A stretch of 64,000 nucleotides of DNA, from positions 1-64,000 of the IMG/VR virus record IMGVR_UViG_3300015263_000962. One strand, given 5' to 3'. The notes under the pieces were generated by a model. That model saw only the letters and a program-made list of their open reading frames with translations, had not been told where the DNA came from and did no database searches. Source of the stretch: a virus. Of this stretch, positions 37,043 to 45,817 are shown piece by piece; the stretch's first letter is position 1, and each line of letters starts with the position of its first letter. Both the position numbers and the translations under genes were made by a program.

Positions 37043-37793
37043 AACAACACAGTTCCCACCATGGAACACAGAAAACTATGGATTTGATTTTGGAGATGGA
37101 CTTCCCGAGAACACGAAAGAGATGCCGAAAATCTATGGCCTCAAGACGCCCGAGAAGCACAAGTTTGTTTTTACAGATGGAGTCCCCGAGCCACCCAAGA
37201 AGGGTGAAGTGATTTCCAAGCCCGGAAGCATGGGCCTTGGAAAGCTCGGCATCACCAACACAACTTTCAGAAGAAAGTGGCGTTGGAGCGTCTCAGGACA
37301 GTTCGGCGATCTGAATCTCTCAGAAAAGATCATCAAAACCCAACGTCCGCAGATTGACTCAGAAAGCGGCCTCGTTGAAGACAAGACGTTTAAGACGCAC
37401 TTCGATGAAGCCCCGAAAGATCTGATCGACATCGTGACCACCTTCATGTGGCAACATCCTGATGACCAACTCACAAGGGAAGGCATCGAGAGATGGAACA
37501 ACAAGCTCGGCACACTGAAGCTGACTCTTTATGATGGCACAGCAACAGTCATGGAGACATGGGCTTTTGAGGGTGTACATGTCAAATCTGTCGAATTTGG
37601 TGAACTGGATTACTCATCTAGTGAGGAACCAATCATCGATGTTGTGTGGGGATTCAAAAAATGCACTTGGGAAACGCCTGCTTACTTTTCACCCATCTCG
37701 GGAACGACGAAAAAATCGTCGAAGTGCTTGACCGGCACCCCAACATATGTGTGTACCACACGGGAAATGAATACCATCACCCGGACGATTTAG
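37035..37793 (+). CDS. second divergent tail-tube (gp19)-like protein
   Basis: MGLGKLG..FRRKWRW and LTLYDG..METW.FEG...SVEFGELDYSSSEE. Confidence 0.7.
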   Translation: MSETTQFPPWNTENYGFDFGDGLPENTKEMPKIYGLKTPEKHKFVFTDGVPEPPKKGEVISKPGSMGLGKLGITNTTFRRKWRWSVSGQFGDLNLSEKIIKTQRPQIDSESGLVEDKTFKTHFDEAPKDLIDIVTTFMWQHPDDQLTREGIERWNNKLGTLKLTLYDGTATVMETWAFEGVHVKSVEFGELDYSSSEEPIIDVVWGFKKCTWETPAYFSPISGTTKKSSKCLTGTPTYVCTTREMNTITRTI

Positions 37794-38068
37794 ACCGTCT
37801 TTTCAAACTTCCTCATAAAAGAAACAACGCAGCGGCAATTTGGGTGGACGTTCTGTACTACAACGAACAGTTCACCTGCCGTGCGTTGTGCGATTGCTGT
37901 AAGTTCATCTTCTGGATGACCGACTACGATCAAATCGATCTGCCCGAACCCGAGCTTTACTATAAGTTTCGGGTTCGTGGCATGAGGGAGTACCACAGAC
38001 GAACCAAGGGTTTGTGGAATCCGTCACTTCTTCAGGAAGATCTTATCTTTGACGCCATTCTTGGATGA
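37646..38068 (+). CDS. hypothetical protein (weakly sulfotransferase-like N-terminus)
   Basis: EVLDRHPNI motif; start uncertain and overlaps the upstream gene tail. Confidence 0.45.
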   Translation: MGIQKMHLGNACLLFTHLGNDEKIVEVLDRHPNICVYHTGNEYHHPDDLDRLFKLPHKRNNAAAIWVDVLYYNEQFTCRALCDCCKFIFWMTDYDQIDLPEPELYYKFRVRGMREYHRRTKGLWNPSLLQEDLIFDAILG

Positions 38069-38548
38069 GAAGACCACATAGTCTGCGGTGAACTCTTCGC
38101 CTTCCCATTTTGTTTTTCCACGATGTTTCCAACCCTTGCCCTTCTTAACGTATGCAACGGTGATGTGGGGGCGATAACTGCTGTACTTGTTGGTGTGCCT
38201 AACCTTCTCGGCCAATACCCCATTCCACTTTGTTAAGTCTTTGCTGGTCACATCAATGACCACAACATCAAACTTCATGGGATTGGTGAAGATCTCGATC
38301 TTGTTGAGCTTCACGGTGATCGGCCCAGCGTCGGCCAGCAGATGTTCTACTTGGTTGGGGCTCTCGGAGTGGATTCCGTACAGAATGGTTGCGTGCATCT
38401 CGTCTTCCCGGCCAAATGTCGGGTCGCTCTGACTGACGAAGATGTCGTCGTCCGAGATGTTGTCTTTGCCCCATAGAATGATCTCCTCAGCAAGTTGCGA
38501 TGGCAAATCGATGTGAACCGAGGAGAAGTCGTAGTTCACATTTTTCAT
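38024..38548 (-). CDS. 2H phosphodiesterase, T4 gp57B/Acb1-like (anti-CBASS candidate)
   Basis: EMHATILYG and YRPHITVAY HxT motifs. Confidence 0.82.
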   Translation of the reverse strand: MKNVNYDFSSVHIDLPSQLAEEIILWGKDNISDDDIFVSQSDPTFGREDEMHATILYGIHSESPNQVEHLLADAGPITVKLNKIEIFTNPMKFDVVVIDVTSKDLTKWNGVLAEKVRHTNKYSSYRPHITVAYVKKGKGWKHRGKTKWEGEEFTADYVVFSSKNGVKDKIFLKK

Positions 38549-38559
38549 GACGTGTCTTT

Positions 38560-39579
38560 CTAAATTCTGCTCATCCCCCGAATCGCTGGCGTCGGCTGCT
38601 GTGGTGCAGGCAGTCCTTTTTGTGCGGGAGGTCCGCTCAACAACTTCTGAGCACCGTCTGCGGCCTGTTGCAGTTGTTGTGCGATTTGAGGAGCACCGGG
38701 ATTCTGGGTCTTAGCCAGAGCATCGTTCAACGCACCGAGGGCGGTGTTGAACTGTTGCAATGTCTGCATATTCGGAGTTGCTTGAGTTGCCCCCGTTGCA
38801 GGAAGTCCCGATCCTGATGTAACAGGGGTGCTTCCGGGCGTATTTACAGCAAGATGTCCTGCTGGCGGAAGCTGTTGAATTTGTTCTGTGTCTTGTGCGG
38901 CCTCTGGTGCCGCTTCTTCAGGTTGGGCCTGTTGCGGCCCGGCTGTTGTTCGACCACCCGACTGCCAAGCATTCACGAAAGCTGGTCGTCCGCCCTGATA
39001 GTTCTGATACTGATCGGCGAACTTCGCAGCGGCATTACCGGCAATACCGGCCATTTGATCTGTGAACCCACCGGGCTGTGTCAGCTTGTTCGCAGCCCAA
39101 TTCACACCCATCTGTGGAACCTGTGCCAGATGGCCCGGTGTCTTGGCCGCTCCCATCAATGCTTTTTGCCACATGGGGGCGTTCTGGGGGTCATAACCCA
39201 TTTGCTTCGCACCCCAGTCCACGACATTGTTCCAACCCTGCCCAGCCATAGCTGGAATTTTGGTTCCAGTCATCAGACCCAGCACGTTCCCAGCCGCATT
39301 TCCTTGCGGCTGACCTTGAGCCGGAATGTTGGGAGGAGGAATAGGGCTGTCATATTCTTCAGGCCCGAATGAGATATCGTCTCGGGCTGCTTCCCTTAGC
39401 AACTGATCCAACAATTCGTCTGTGGATTGGTAGCCGTGCTCCAGAATGACAGGCATTCCGTGCTTCTCCCAAAACTCTTGGAAAGGCACGCCTCTGTGAT
39501 CCAGAACCACGGAGATGAAGTACAACTTCTGTCCAACGGTTACAGAATCACGGTGCTCTCTGTATTCATTGAAGTTCAT
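38560..39579 (-). CDS. putative internal/ejection protein (MNFNEYRE), Gln/Pro/Ala-rich
   Basis: N-terminal ~60 aa shared with the neighbouring gene (F.EY..RD..F..FW....MPV..E). Confidence 0.7.
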   Translation of the reverse strand: MNFNEYREHRDSVTVGQKLYFISVVLDHRGVPFQEFWEKHGMPVILEHGYQSTDELLDQLLREAARDDISFGPEEYDSPIPPPNIPAQGQPQGNAAGNVLGLMTGTKIPAMAGQGWNNVVDWGAKQMGYDPQNAPMWQKALMGAAKTPGHLAQVPQMGVNWAANKLTQPGGFTDQMAGIAGNAAAKFADQYQNYQGGRPAFVNAWQSGGRTTAGPQQAQPEEAAPEAAQDTEQIQQLPPAGHLAVNTPGSTPVTSGSGLPATGATQATPNMQTLQQFNTALGALNDALAKTQNPGAPQIAQQLQQAADGAQKLLSGPPAQKGLPAPQQPTPAIRGMSRI

Positions 39580-40565
39580 TGATCTCCCATGTATCCTTGT
39601 TGACCAGTGGCCTTCATCACATCACGGAGAGGGGTCTTAGGATTCCTCTGCCAATTTCGAAGAGCCGAAGGTGTGATATTGCCGAGGGCATCGCCCTTCT
39701 GTGGGTTGCCTTGGCGACCCAACTGACGAATAGTTTCAGTGCCTTCTTCGCCCGGCTGCCAACCCATTCGATTTGCATGTGCGCCAACACGCTTGAGGGC
39801 GTTGGCTTTGTTGCCGCCAACGATTCCCTTTTCAGCATCACCCACTCGTTGTTGAGCGGCTGCCGCTTGATCTGGAGTTCCGCCGTAAGCGTCCTTCCCA
39901 GCCAAACCGCCATTGACGACGCCTCGCTGTTGTCTTTCAGCTTCGGCTCTCGCCAGTTCGCCTCTTCTGAGACCGCCTTGATGTTGCTGATAGGCGTTTT
40001 GGTAATCCTGTCTGTATTCTGGGCCACCTTCTCCTGCTCGACTGACTTTCGGCATCCAGTTCTGAAGCCATCTGTTGGCAGAATTTGAGAGCAACTCAGC
40101 CGCCTTCCAAGCGTGATGTTGGTTGGGGCTGTTCATAGCCAATCGCTGAGCATCTTTGGTGAACTCGGAGATCTTCTTGGCAAACAGTTGCTTGATAGGC
40201 CCAACGATGTTTTGAGCCTTCTGTCTCATTGCGTCTGAGGCAGGGGCGGGGCCAGTTGGCCTCTGTTGCATTGTGGAAGGGGCAGGAGTGCCCTGATCGT
40301 CGCCGCCCACATTGCCAGCGGGGCTTGAGCCACGATTCATCAGGTTGTTCCAACCGTTTCGGATTCCTTGAAGAAAACCAAACTCCATGAGATCCAATGT
40401 CTCTTCTGGGGTTTGGGAAGCTCCCTCTATCAAAACGGGCATGGCGGTTTCCAGCCAGAAATCGTCGAATCCTTTTCCTGAAAACGCAATTGTTTCGCAC
40501 AAGGAATCGAACTTCTTGAAGAGTTCGATGTCGTCCCGGCGTGATTTGTACTCTGAGAATTTCAT
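39576..40565 (-). CDS. putative internal/ejection protein (MKFSEYKS)
   Basis: Paralogous N-terminus; CTAAATA upstream. Confidence 0.7.
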   Translation of the reverse strand: MKFSEYKSRRDDIELFKKFDSLCETIAFSGKGFDDFWLETAMPVLIEGASQTPEETLDLMEFGFLQGIRNGWNNLMNRGSSPAGNVGGDDQGTPAPSTMQQRPTGPAPASDAMRQKAQNIVGPIKQLFAKKISEFTKDAQRLAMNSPNQHHAWKAAELLSNSANRWLQNWMPKVSRAGEGGPEYRQDYQNAYQQHQGGLRRGELARAEAERQQRGVVNGGLAGKDAYGGTPDQAAAAQQRVGDAEKGIVGGNKANALKRVGAHANRMGWQPGEEGTETIRQLGRQGNPQKGDALGNITPSALRNWQRNPKTPLRDVMKATGQQGYMGDQ

Positions 40566-40616
40566 ATGTTTTGTCCCCCGGCCATTTCGACTATTTAGAC
40601 GAGAGACATGAAATTC

Positions 40617-40988
40617 TTAACCATTCAGGAGTTGATCGTTCGGAGGATTGTCTGACTGCTGGTCAAGCTCATCCAACTTGTTCTGTTCGACGGCAATCAT
40701 GGAATTCAGTTGAGCGAGGGATCGATTACGAGCCTCTTCCGAAAATGGCGTATGAGAAGCCATTGCCGTGCCGCTCTGGACGTTTCCCCACCATGTCTCG
40801 AACTGCGATCCCGTGAGGGCTCTTTTCCGGGTCTGGGTCTTCTGAGCTTTATCAAGCTTGTTCATAGCTTGCTTGATGTGACCACGAGCCTCCATCACAG
40901 CCGGATTGTGAGGCATCGAATTCAATGCCGTTGATAGTGCTTGTTGCAGAAGACTCTGGGCCTTCTGGAGTTGATCTTCTTTTTTCAT
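40617..40988 (-). CDS. helical hypothetical protein
   Basis: AAGGA SD before MKKEDQL; the ORF also extends upstream to 41111. Confidence 0.6.
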   Translation of the reverse strand: MKKEDQLQKAQSLLQQALSTALNSMPHNPAVMEARGHIKQAMNKLDKAQKTQTRKRALTGSQFETWWGNVQSGTAMASHTPFSEEARNRSLAQLNSMIAVEQNKLDELDQQSDNPPNDQLLNG

Positions 40989-41122
40989 GTGTTTCCTTGT
41001 ACCACTTCTCGGCGCACGCATAGGAGCAGCCGCCCTTACACGATTTAGTGTGAACCACTTCAATTTTGTACCGAGGAGGGCCGGGGCGACAGGGGATGTT
41101 GACATCCTCATCGCACCAAACC

Positions 41123-41497
41123 TTAATTGTTTTCGGCGTAGTTGTATTCGTAGGAGATAACGAATCCGTCTTGAAGTTCTTCTGGGATCGCAATCGTGCC
41201 CATTTCATAACAAATGAAACCAAATCTCTCATCTGTCTCCTTCCATTGCAGTCGCCCATCTCCATCATCTGTGAACAACTTGTTGTTGCAAATACCGAAG
41301 ATTGAGTTGTTCAACAAGCTGTGAAATTTCAGATTCGCCGTCACACTCATCAACTGTGCGACCCTTTCCCACTTCTGAGGCTTCTCGTCTTGGACGAACT
41401 GCCATTCATAGCAAAGATCCAAAGTGCATCCTTGAGCCAATTCTACGAGATTGAGCGTGTCTTTTACGTCACGTCTCTTCAACCAATGATTTTTCAT
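41123..41497 (-). CDS. MKNHWL-tagged stand-alone paralog of the MCP central (putative insertion) domain
   Basis: LDLCYEWQFVQDE and FVISYEYNY versus MCP LEIFYTHQFVQNE and LVMSYEYNM. Confidence 0.75.
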   Translation of the reverse strand: MKNHWLKRRDVKDTLNLVELAQGCTLDLCYEWQFVQDEKPQKWERVAQLMSVTANLKFHSLLNNSIFGICNNKLFTDDGDGRLQWKETDERFGFICYEMGTIAIPEELQDGFVISYEYNYAENN

Positions 41498-41532
41498 TTT
41501 ACCCTCAATTTGTTACCTAGTTTAAGTTAGTT

Positions 41533-43383
41533 CTACCAGCCGAATTCTTTAAGCAACGCATCGTGTCTGCGTTTGGCCCCGGTGGAGATTGGCAGATCAT
41601 CGTCGTTGATCGACTCAAACATTTCTGCCTCTTCATCAGTCAGCCAGTCGTCAGGAGCATTCTTGGCGAGTTCGGCCCGGATCTCATCCAAAATCTCAGC
41701 TTTGTATGCTTCCGAGTAATCTTCTGTGTCGCCAACGCCAGCAGGCGTGAATCGGCCCATGCTGTCTCGGGCATACAGTGCCAAACACAAAGCCATTACT
41801 GCATCATCATGGAAGCCACCCGAAGCTTCAGCACGTTTTGTCTGAGCATTCCAGATGAAACCCTTCAATTCTTTAACGAATCGACGGCTGCGAATAGCGA
41901 TACTGTTGTTGATCAACCGTGTCTGCATTGTTTCAAGGAACTTCGGTCGATTGCTGCGTGTTGTCTTGATGCCAGCCTGCAAGGTTTTGCTGCTGGTGCC
42001 CTGAGAACTCTGGAACAAGTTCTCGTAGTAGAAGTCGTGTTGCAGTTTCTCCAACACTGTCAAGCCAGCGTTCTGTGATTCAACAATGATCATGGCGTTG
42101 TTGTAGGTGCGACCGACTTGTGCCAAGATCTGAGCAAAGTTGTGCGGTGGACAGAGGTTTGAATAGAACTCTGCACATTGTTCACACGTCACTGCGTCGA
42201 TGACCTCAAAGCAACTGTTGTCGTTCTCTTCGCCCATACCTTCAGCACAGTCAACGCCGATGATGTATTCTCGGCCCTCGACAGGCTCACGCCAGATTTG
42301 TAGAGCCCCACGCTCCCATGTGTCGAGATCCTCCACCCGTTGGTCACGAGCTTCATCTAAGTTGTTCCACTTTTCGAACAATAGACGAATTGGCTCAATC
42401 TCACGAGTTACGAGATCGAGATCGTTGATGATGTCAGGCGGGATGTAAGATTCACCGGCACCCAAGAAGTCACGCATAACTTCCTGAAGCCAACCTTTTT
42501 CACCAAGCTGAGCACGGGTCTGCTTGACCCAAACCGGGTCGTTGTATTCGGGGTGTTCCCAGTAGTCGAGTTCAATGATGTGGAACTCAGAACCGAATCC
42601 CACGCCCTTTTTCGCTCCCATGAACACGTCATAGTACCAGTTGCCCACGCCGTTCACCGTCGAGACGGCGATACAGTGACCACCGGTCGAGATTGTCGGG
42701 AACATGGACTTCCAGTGTTTTTCCATTTGTGGCACGAAGGCCGCTTCGTCCAGAACCAGATATGTGATCGATCTACCACGAGCAGCTTCCGGGGTATAGA
42801 AGAACATCTTGCATCCGGTATCGGCGAACAACTTTTGGTGGTCGTTGTTCTTTTCCATTTCGGGGTGCATCCACTTGGGAAGCTCCTGCAAGGCTCTCTT
42901 AACGATTTCGCCAGAAGCGATAGCTTCACGGTCAGATTTCGACAACACCATGATGGTTTCGTCGAGCTTAAACATACATCGCCACATGCACCACAACACG
43001 GTTACGGTTGTCAGGCCACCTTGGCGGAATTTTGAAAGGATATTGAAGCGGTGTCGCTCATACTCCTGCACAACACGTCGCTGGTACTTGTACAAGATGA
43101 ATGGGAGGAGACCCCGTTTCGGATGAGCAATCTTAACGTACTTGTGGCAGAAGTAAGGAAATGACATGGCACATTTCAGAAGTTCTTCCTTCTGTTTGGC
43201 TACGTCATATTCCTCAATCTCCTCGAAGGGTTCGAGGGGATCAATATCTAGTTCCCATTTGTTGAAGCCGAAATACTCGGGATCATATTCGTTCGCATAG
43301 AACTCTTTTAAGGAACTGTAAGACTTCTTCCAGTTCGAATCGATGTCTGCAAATTTCTTCATGCGGGGTTCCTCCCAACTCAC
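41533..43383 (-). CDS. gp17: terminase large subunit, T4 gp17-like
   Basis: LYKYQ, KFRQGGLTT, LVLDEAAF, VSTVNG, IGVDCAEG and HDDAVMA. Confidence 0.96.
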   Translation of the reverse strand: MSWEEPRMKKFADIDSNWKKSYSSLKEFYANEYDPEYFGFNKWELDIDPLEPFEEIEEYDVAKQKEELLKCAMSFPYFCHKYVKIAHPKRGLLPFILYKYQRRVVQEYERHRFNILSKFRQGGLTTVTVLWCMWRCMFKLDETIMVLSKSDREAIASGEIVKRALQELPKWMHPEMEKNNDHQKLFADTGCKMFFYTPEAARGRSITYLVLDEAAFVPQMEKHWKSMFPTISTGGHCIAVSTVNGVGNWYYDVFMGAKKGVGFGSEFHIIELDYWEHPEYNDPVWVKQTRAQLGEKGWLQEVMRDFLGAGESYIPPDIINDLDLVTREIEPIRLLFEKWNNLDEARDQRVEDLDTWERGALQIWREPVEGREYIIGVDCAEGMGEENDNSCFEVIDAVTCEQCAEFYSNLCPPHNFAQILAQVGRTYNNAMIIVESQNAGLTVLEKLQHDFYYENLFQSSQGTSSKTLQAGIKTTRSNRPKFLETMQTRLINNSIAIRSRRFVKELKGFIWNAQTKRAEASGGFHDDAVMALCLALYARDSMGRFTPAGVGDTEDYSEAYKAEILDEIRAELAKNAPDDWLTDEEAEMFESINDDDLPISTGAKRRHDALLKEFGW

Positions 43384-43440
43384 TGTTACCGAAAGTAGTT
43401 ATTAAGGAACCTCGCATTTTTTCTCAGAAATTTTCTGGGG

Positions 43441-43468
43441 TTGTACTTTAAGATGCGTCTGGTAGAAT
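43441..43468 (+). promoter_or_regulatory. sigma70-type promoter for the accessory operon
   Basis: TTGTAC-16 nt-TAGAAT with an extended -10 TG. Confidence 0.5.
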
Positions 43469-43492
43469 CAGCCCAACATAGGAGAATTGTAT

Positions 43493-44704
43493 ATGACGAC
43501 CAAACAAGTCCTCGCCTTTCTGCTTACCTTGAGCACGCTCGGATGTATCGCTCTTGGTGTGAAGTACCTACATGACCATCGAGTCAAGCCACCAGTGGTG
43601 GTAGAACAACCTCCCAGCCACGACGGGGAAACGACCCCTCTCCCAGAGGTCAAAGAGCATACTGTCGAGGAAGCCGTCGCCTCGATCACAGAAGAGGAAC
43701 TCAAGACGGACCTGTACTATTTGGCCTCTGACGAACTGGAAGGCCGCATGTCTGGTAAGAAGGGCAATGTAACGGCTGCGGCTTTCATTAAGGCCGAATA
43801 TGAGAAGATGGGTCTGGAAACCATGTATCACAAGTTTCCGATTCGCCGTCTCAATCCGGGGCCGAAGAATGAGCAAGGTGATGATTTCACTCAGAACATC
43901 TATGCTTGGATTCCCGGCAATGACCCGAAGTATAAGGACGAAATCATTGTCATCGGGGCACACATGGATCACATTGGCTATGGCCCCAGCATGTCTCGGG
44001 CTCCTCGCCGCTTGGAAATCCACAATGGAGCCGATGACAACGCCTCGGGCACTGTGGGTCTGCTGGAGATTGCCGAAGCCTTCTCGTTGGTTAAGGATAA
44101 AGTGAAGCGAACCATCGTCTTTCAGTCCTACAGTGCCGAAGAGATGGGCCTGATCGGCAGCCGCTACTATTGCGATCACCCGGTGTTTCCACAGGGAAGC
44201 CCAGACATCAAGAAGCACATCTTCATGTTGAACATGGACATGATCGGGTACTTAAACAAAGGCGTGTACTTCGCCGGGTTCGATGCCGCTGAAAGCTCTG
44301 TTGACATTTCAGCCATAATCAACGATCTTAACGAAAAGTACACGTTTGCCAGAAGAATCACCAGCCGAGGGAGTGGCGGAAGTGATCACGCTTGCTTCTA
44401 CAACAAAAAGGTGCCTATTGCTTTCCTCCACACTGGAGGGCACCCGTACTACCACACGCCAGACGATACAGCGGACAAAATCAATTACGCTGGTATCGAG
44501 CAAGTTGCCCGTTATGGCTTCGAGTTGGCGTGGAGAGTGGCGCAATCTGAAACGCCGCCTCGCTTCAACCATGCGTCCTTTAAGGAAATGGACTATGTTC
44601 ATGACCATGGACATCCTGAAGTTCCGTTCGCTCATCCTTATCATCAGGAAGAGTGGGAACGTGAGCACGGACATCCACACAATCACGGACGAGACGACGA
44701 ATAG
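43493..44704 (+). CDS. M28-family metallo-aminopeptidase, membrane anchored
   Basis: GAHMDH, NGADDNASG, AEEMGLIGS, NMDMIG, SDH and YHTPDD. Confidence 0.95.
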   Translation: MTTKQVLAFLLTLSTLGCIALGVKYLHDHRVKPPVVVEQPPSHDGETTPLPEVKEHTVEEAVASITEEELKTDLYYLASDELEGRMSGKKGNVTAAAFIKAEYEKMGLETMYHKFPIRRLNPGPKNEQGDDFTQNIYAWIPGNDPKYKDEIIVIGAHMDHIGYGPSMSRAPRRLEIHNGADDNASGTVGLLEIAEAFSLVKDKVKRTIVFQSYSAEEMGLIGSRYYCDHPVFPQGSPDIKKHIFMLNMDMIGYLNKGVYFAGFDAAESSVDISAIINDLNEKYTFARRITSRGSGGSDHACFYNKKVPIAFLHTGGHPYYHTPDDTADKINYAGIEQVARYGFELAWRVAQSETPPRFNHASFKEMDYVHDHGHPEVPFAHPYHQEEWEREHGHPHNHGRDDE

Positions 44705-44716
44705 AAAGGTTCAAAC

Positions 44717-45166
44717 ATGACCAACGAAGAAATCATTGAATTGCTGCAAGAAGACCTGAAAAACGAACGAAAGCATTTGGCTGCATACACACAGTTTGCC
44801 GTCAATCTACGGGGCCTCCATCGAGAAGAACTCCGGGAGTTCTGTGAGAAGGAAGCCGCTGGCGAACTCCAGCACGTTCTACAATTCTCAGAACTCATTG
44901 TCCATCTGGGCGGTGTTCCGGGCATCGAAGTCAACCCCTATCCAACCGACATCAGTTGTCCGGTGGCGATCATGAAGGCCATCGTGGAAATGGAAGACGA
45001 AGTTGCCGATAAGTATGCCGAGCGTCTACGTCAGACGCACGAAATGGAGAATGCAGCGACGGCTTACGTCCATGTCTTCTATGAAGAACAAATTGCCGAC
45101 TCGTGGCGCACGGCCCGAGAGGTGGAGCAGATGATTCCACAAGGGAGGCACGTTGACCACGACTGA
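44717..45166 (+). CDS. ferritin/bacterioferritin-like protein
   Basis: EDLKNE..Y..ELQH..IVHLGG.P..E....Y four-helix di-iron pattern. Confidence 0.82.
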   Translation: MTNEEIIELLQEDLKNERKHLAAYTQFAVNLRGLHREELREFCEKEAAGELQHVLQFSELIVHLGGVPGIEVNPYPTDISCPVAIMKAIVEMEDEVADKYAERLRQTHEMENAATAYVHVFYEEQIADSWRTAREVEQMIPQGRHVDHD

Positions 45167-45422
45167 CGTGAAGCTCTCCAAGAGAGAGATCCGAGTCCTG
45201 TTAGATGCCTTAGAAGAAGCGAATCGAAAGTACGTTTCACGGGGAGGTTCACGGGACTTCGCTTGGGAAGATGAGCATGATGCTTTGGAGAAAAGATTAA
45301 CGGAAGCTCTTCAACAGTCACCTGAACCAAAGGGCAAAAGCGATCAGACGATTCAGGCTGTTATGGGGACCATCATCTTCCTCCAGATCATCTTTTTTGC
45401 GTACTTGTTCCTCTGCATGTAA
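45153..45422 (+). CDS. small protein with C-terminal TM helix
   Basis: GGGAGG SD with TTG start. Confidence 0.55.
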   Translation: MTTTDVKLSKREIRVLLDALEEANRKYVSRGGSRDFAWEDEHDALEKRLTEALQQSPEPKGKSDQTIQAVMGTIIFLQIIFFAYLFLCM

Positions 45423-45432
45423 GGATGCTGCA

Positions 45433-45813
45433 ATGTGGATCGTACTCGCTTTATTGCTGACTGGGCACATAGATCATGATCCAAGTCTCAAAGACAACGT
45501 GGAGATGATTGAACTCAATCATCTTTATGACGGTCAAGGAAAACTGGTGCTTGATCAATGGATCTTCTATGACTGGAGTGGTCGTTTATCCCAGTTTGTT
45601 GTGGTTGATTGGCGTCGGTCGAAGACCGACATATTTGTCTCCAAGAACTGGAAGACCGGCGAGTACAACCTGACTTTCTTTGACGGGGATTATCTCCGAA
45701 AGATCAGGTCGAAGATCTATCGAGAAACGTGGACACAATACGATCCAGAGTTGAAGAACCGAGAGATTGTGCCGGTCGAACACCGCAGACTTCTAACACC
45801 ACCGAGAAAGTGA
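45433..45813 (+). CDS. secreted hypothetical protein (family recalled from Planctomycetes)
   Basis: IELNH.YD..G..V.DQ.IFYDW..RETWTQYDPE..NR. Confidence 0.65.
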   Translation: MWIVLALLLTGHIDHDPSLKDNVEMIELNHLYDGQGKLVLDQWIFYDWSGRLSQFVVVDWRRSKTDIFVSKNWKTGEYNLTFFDGDYLRKIRSKIYRETWTQYDPELKNREIVPVEHRRLLTPPRK

Positions 45814-45817
45814 AAAC

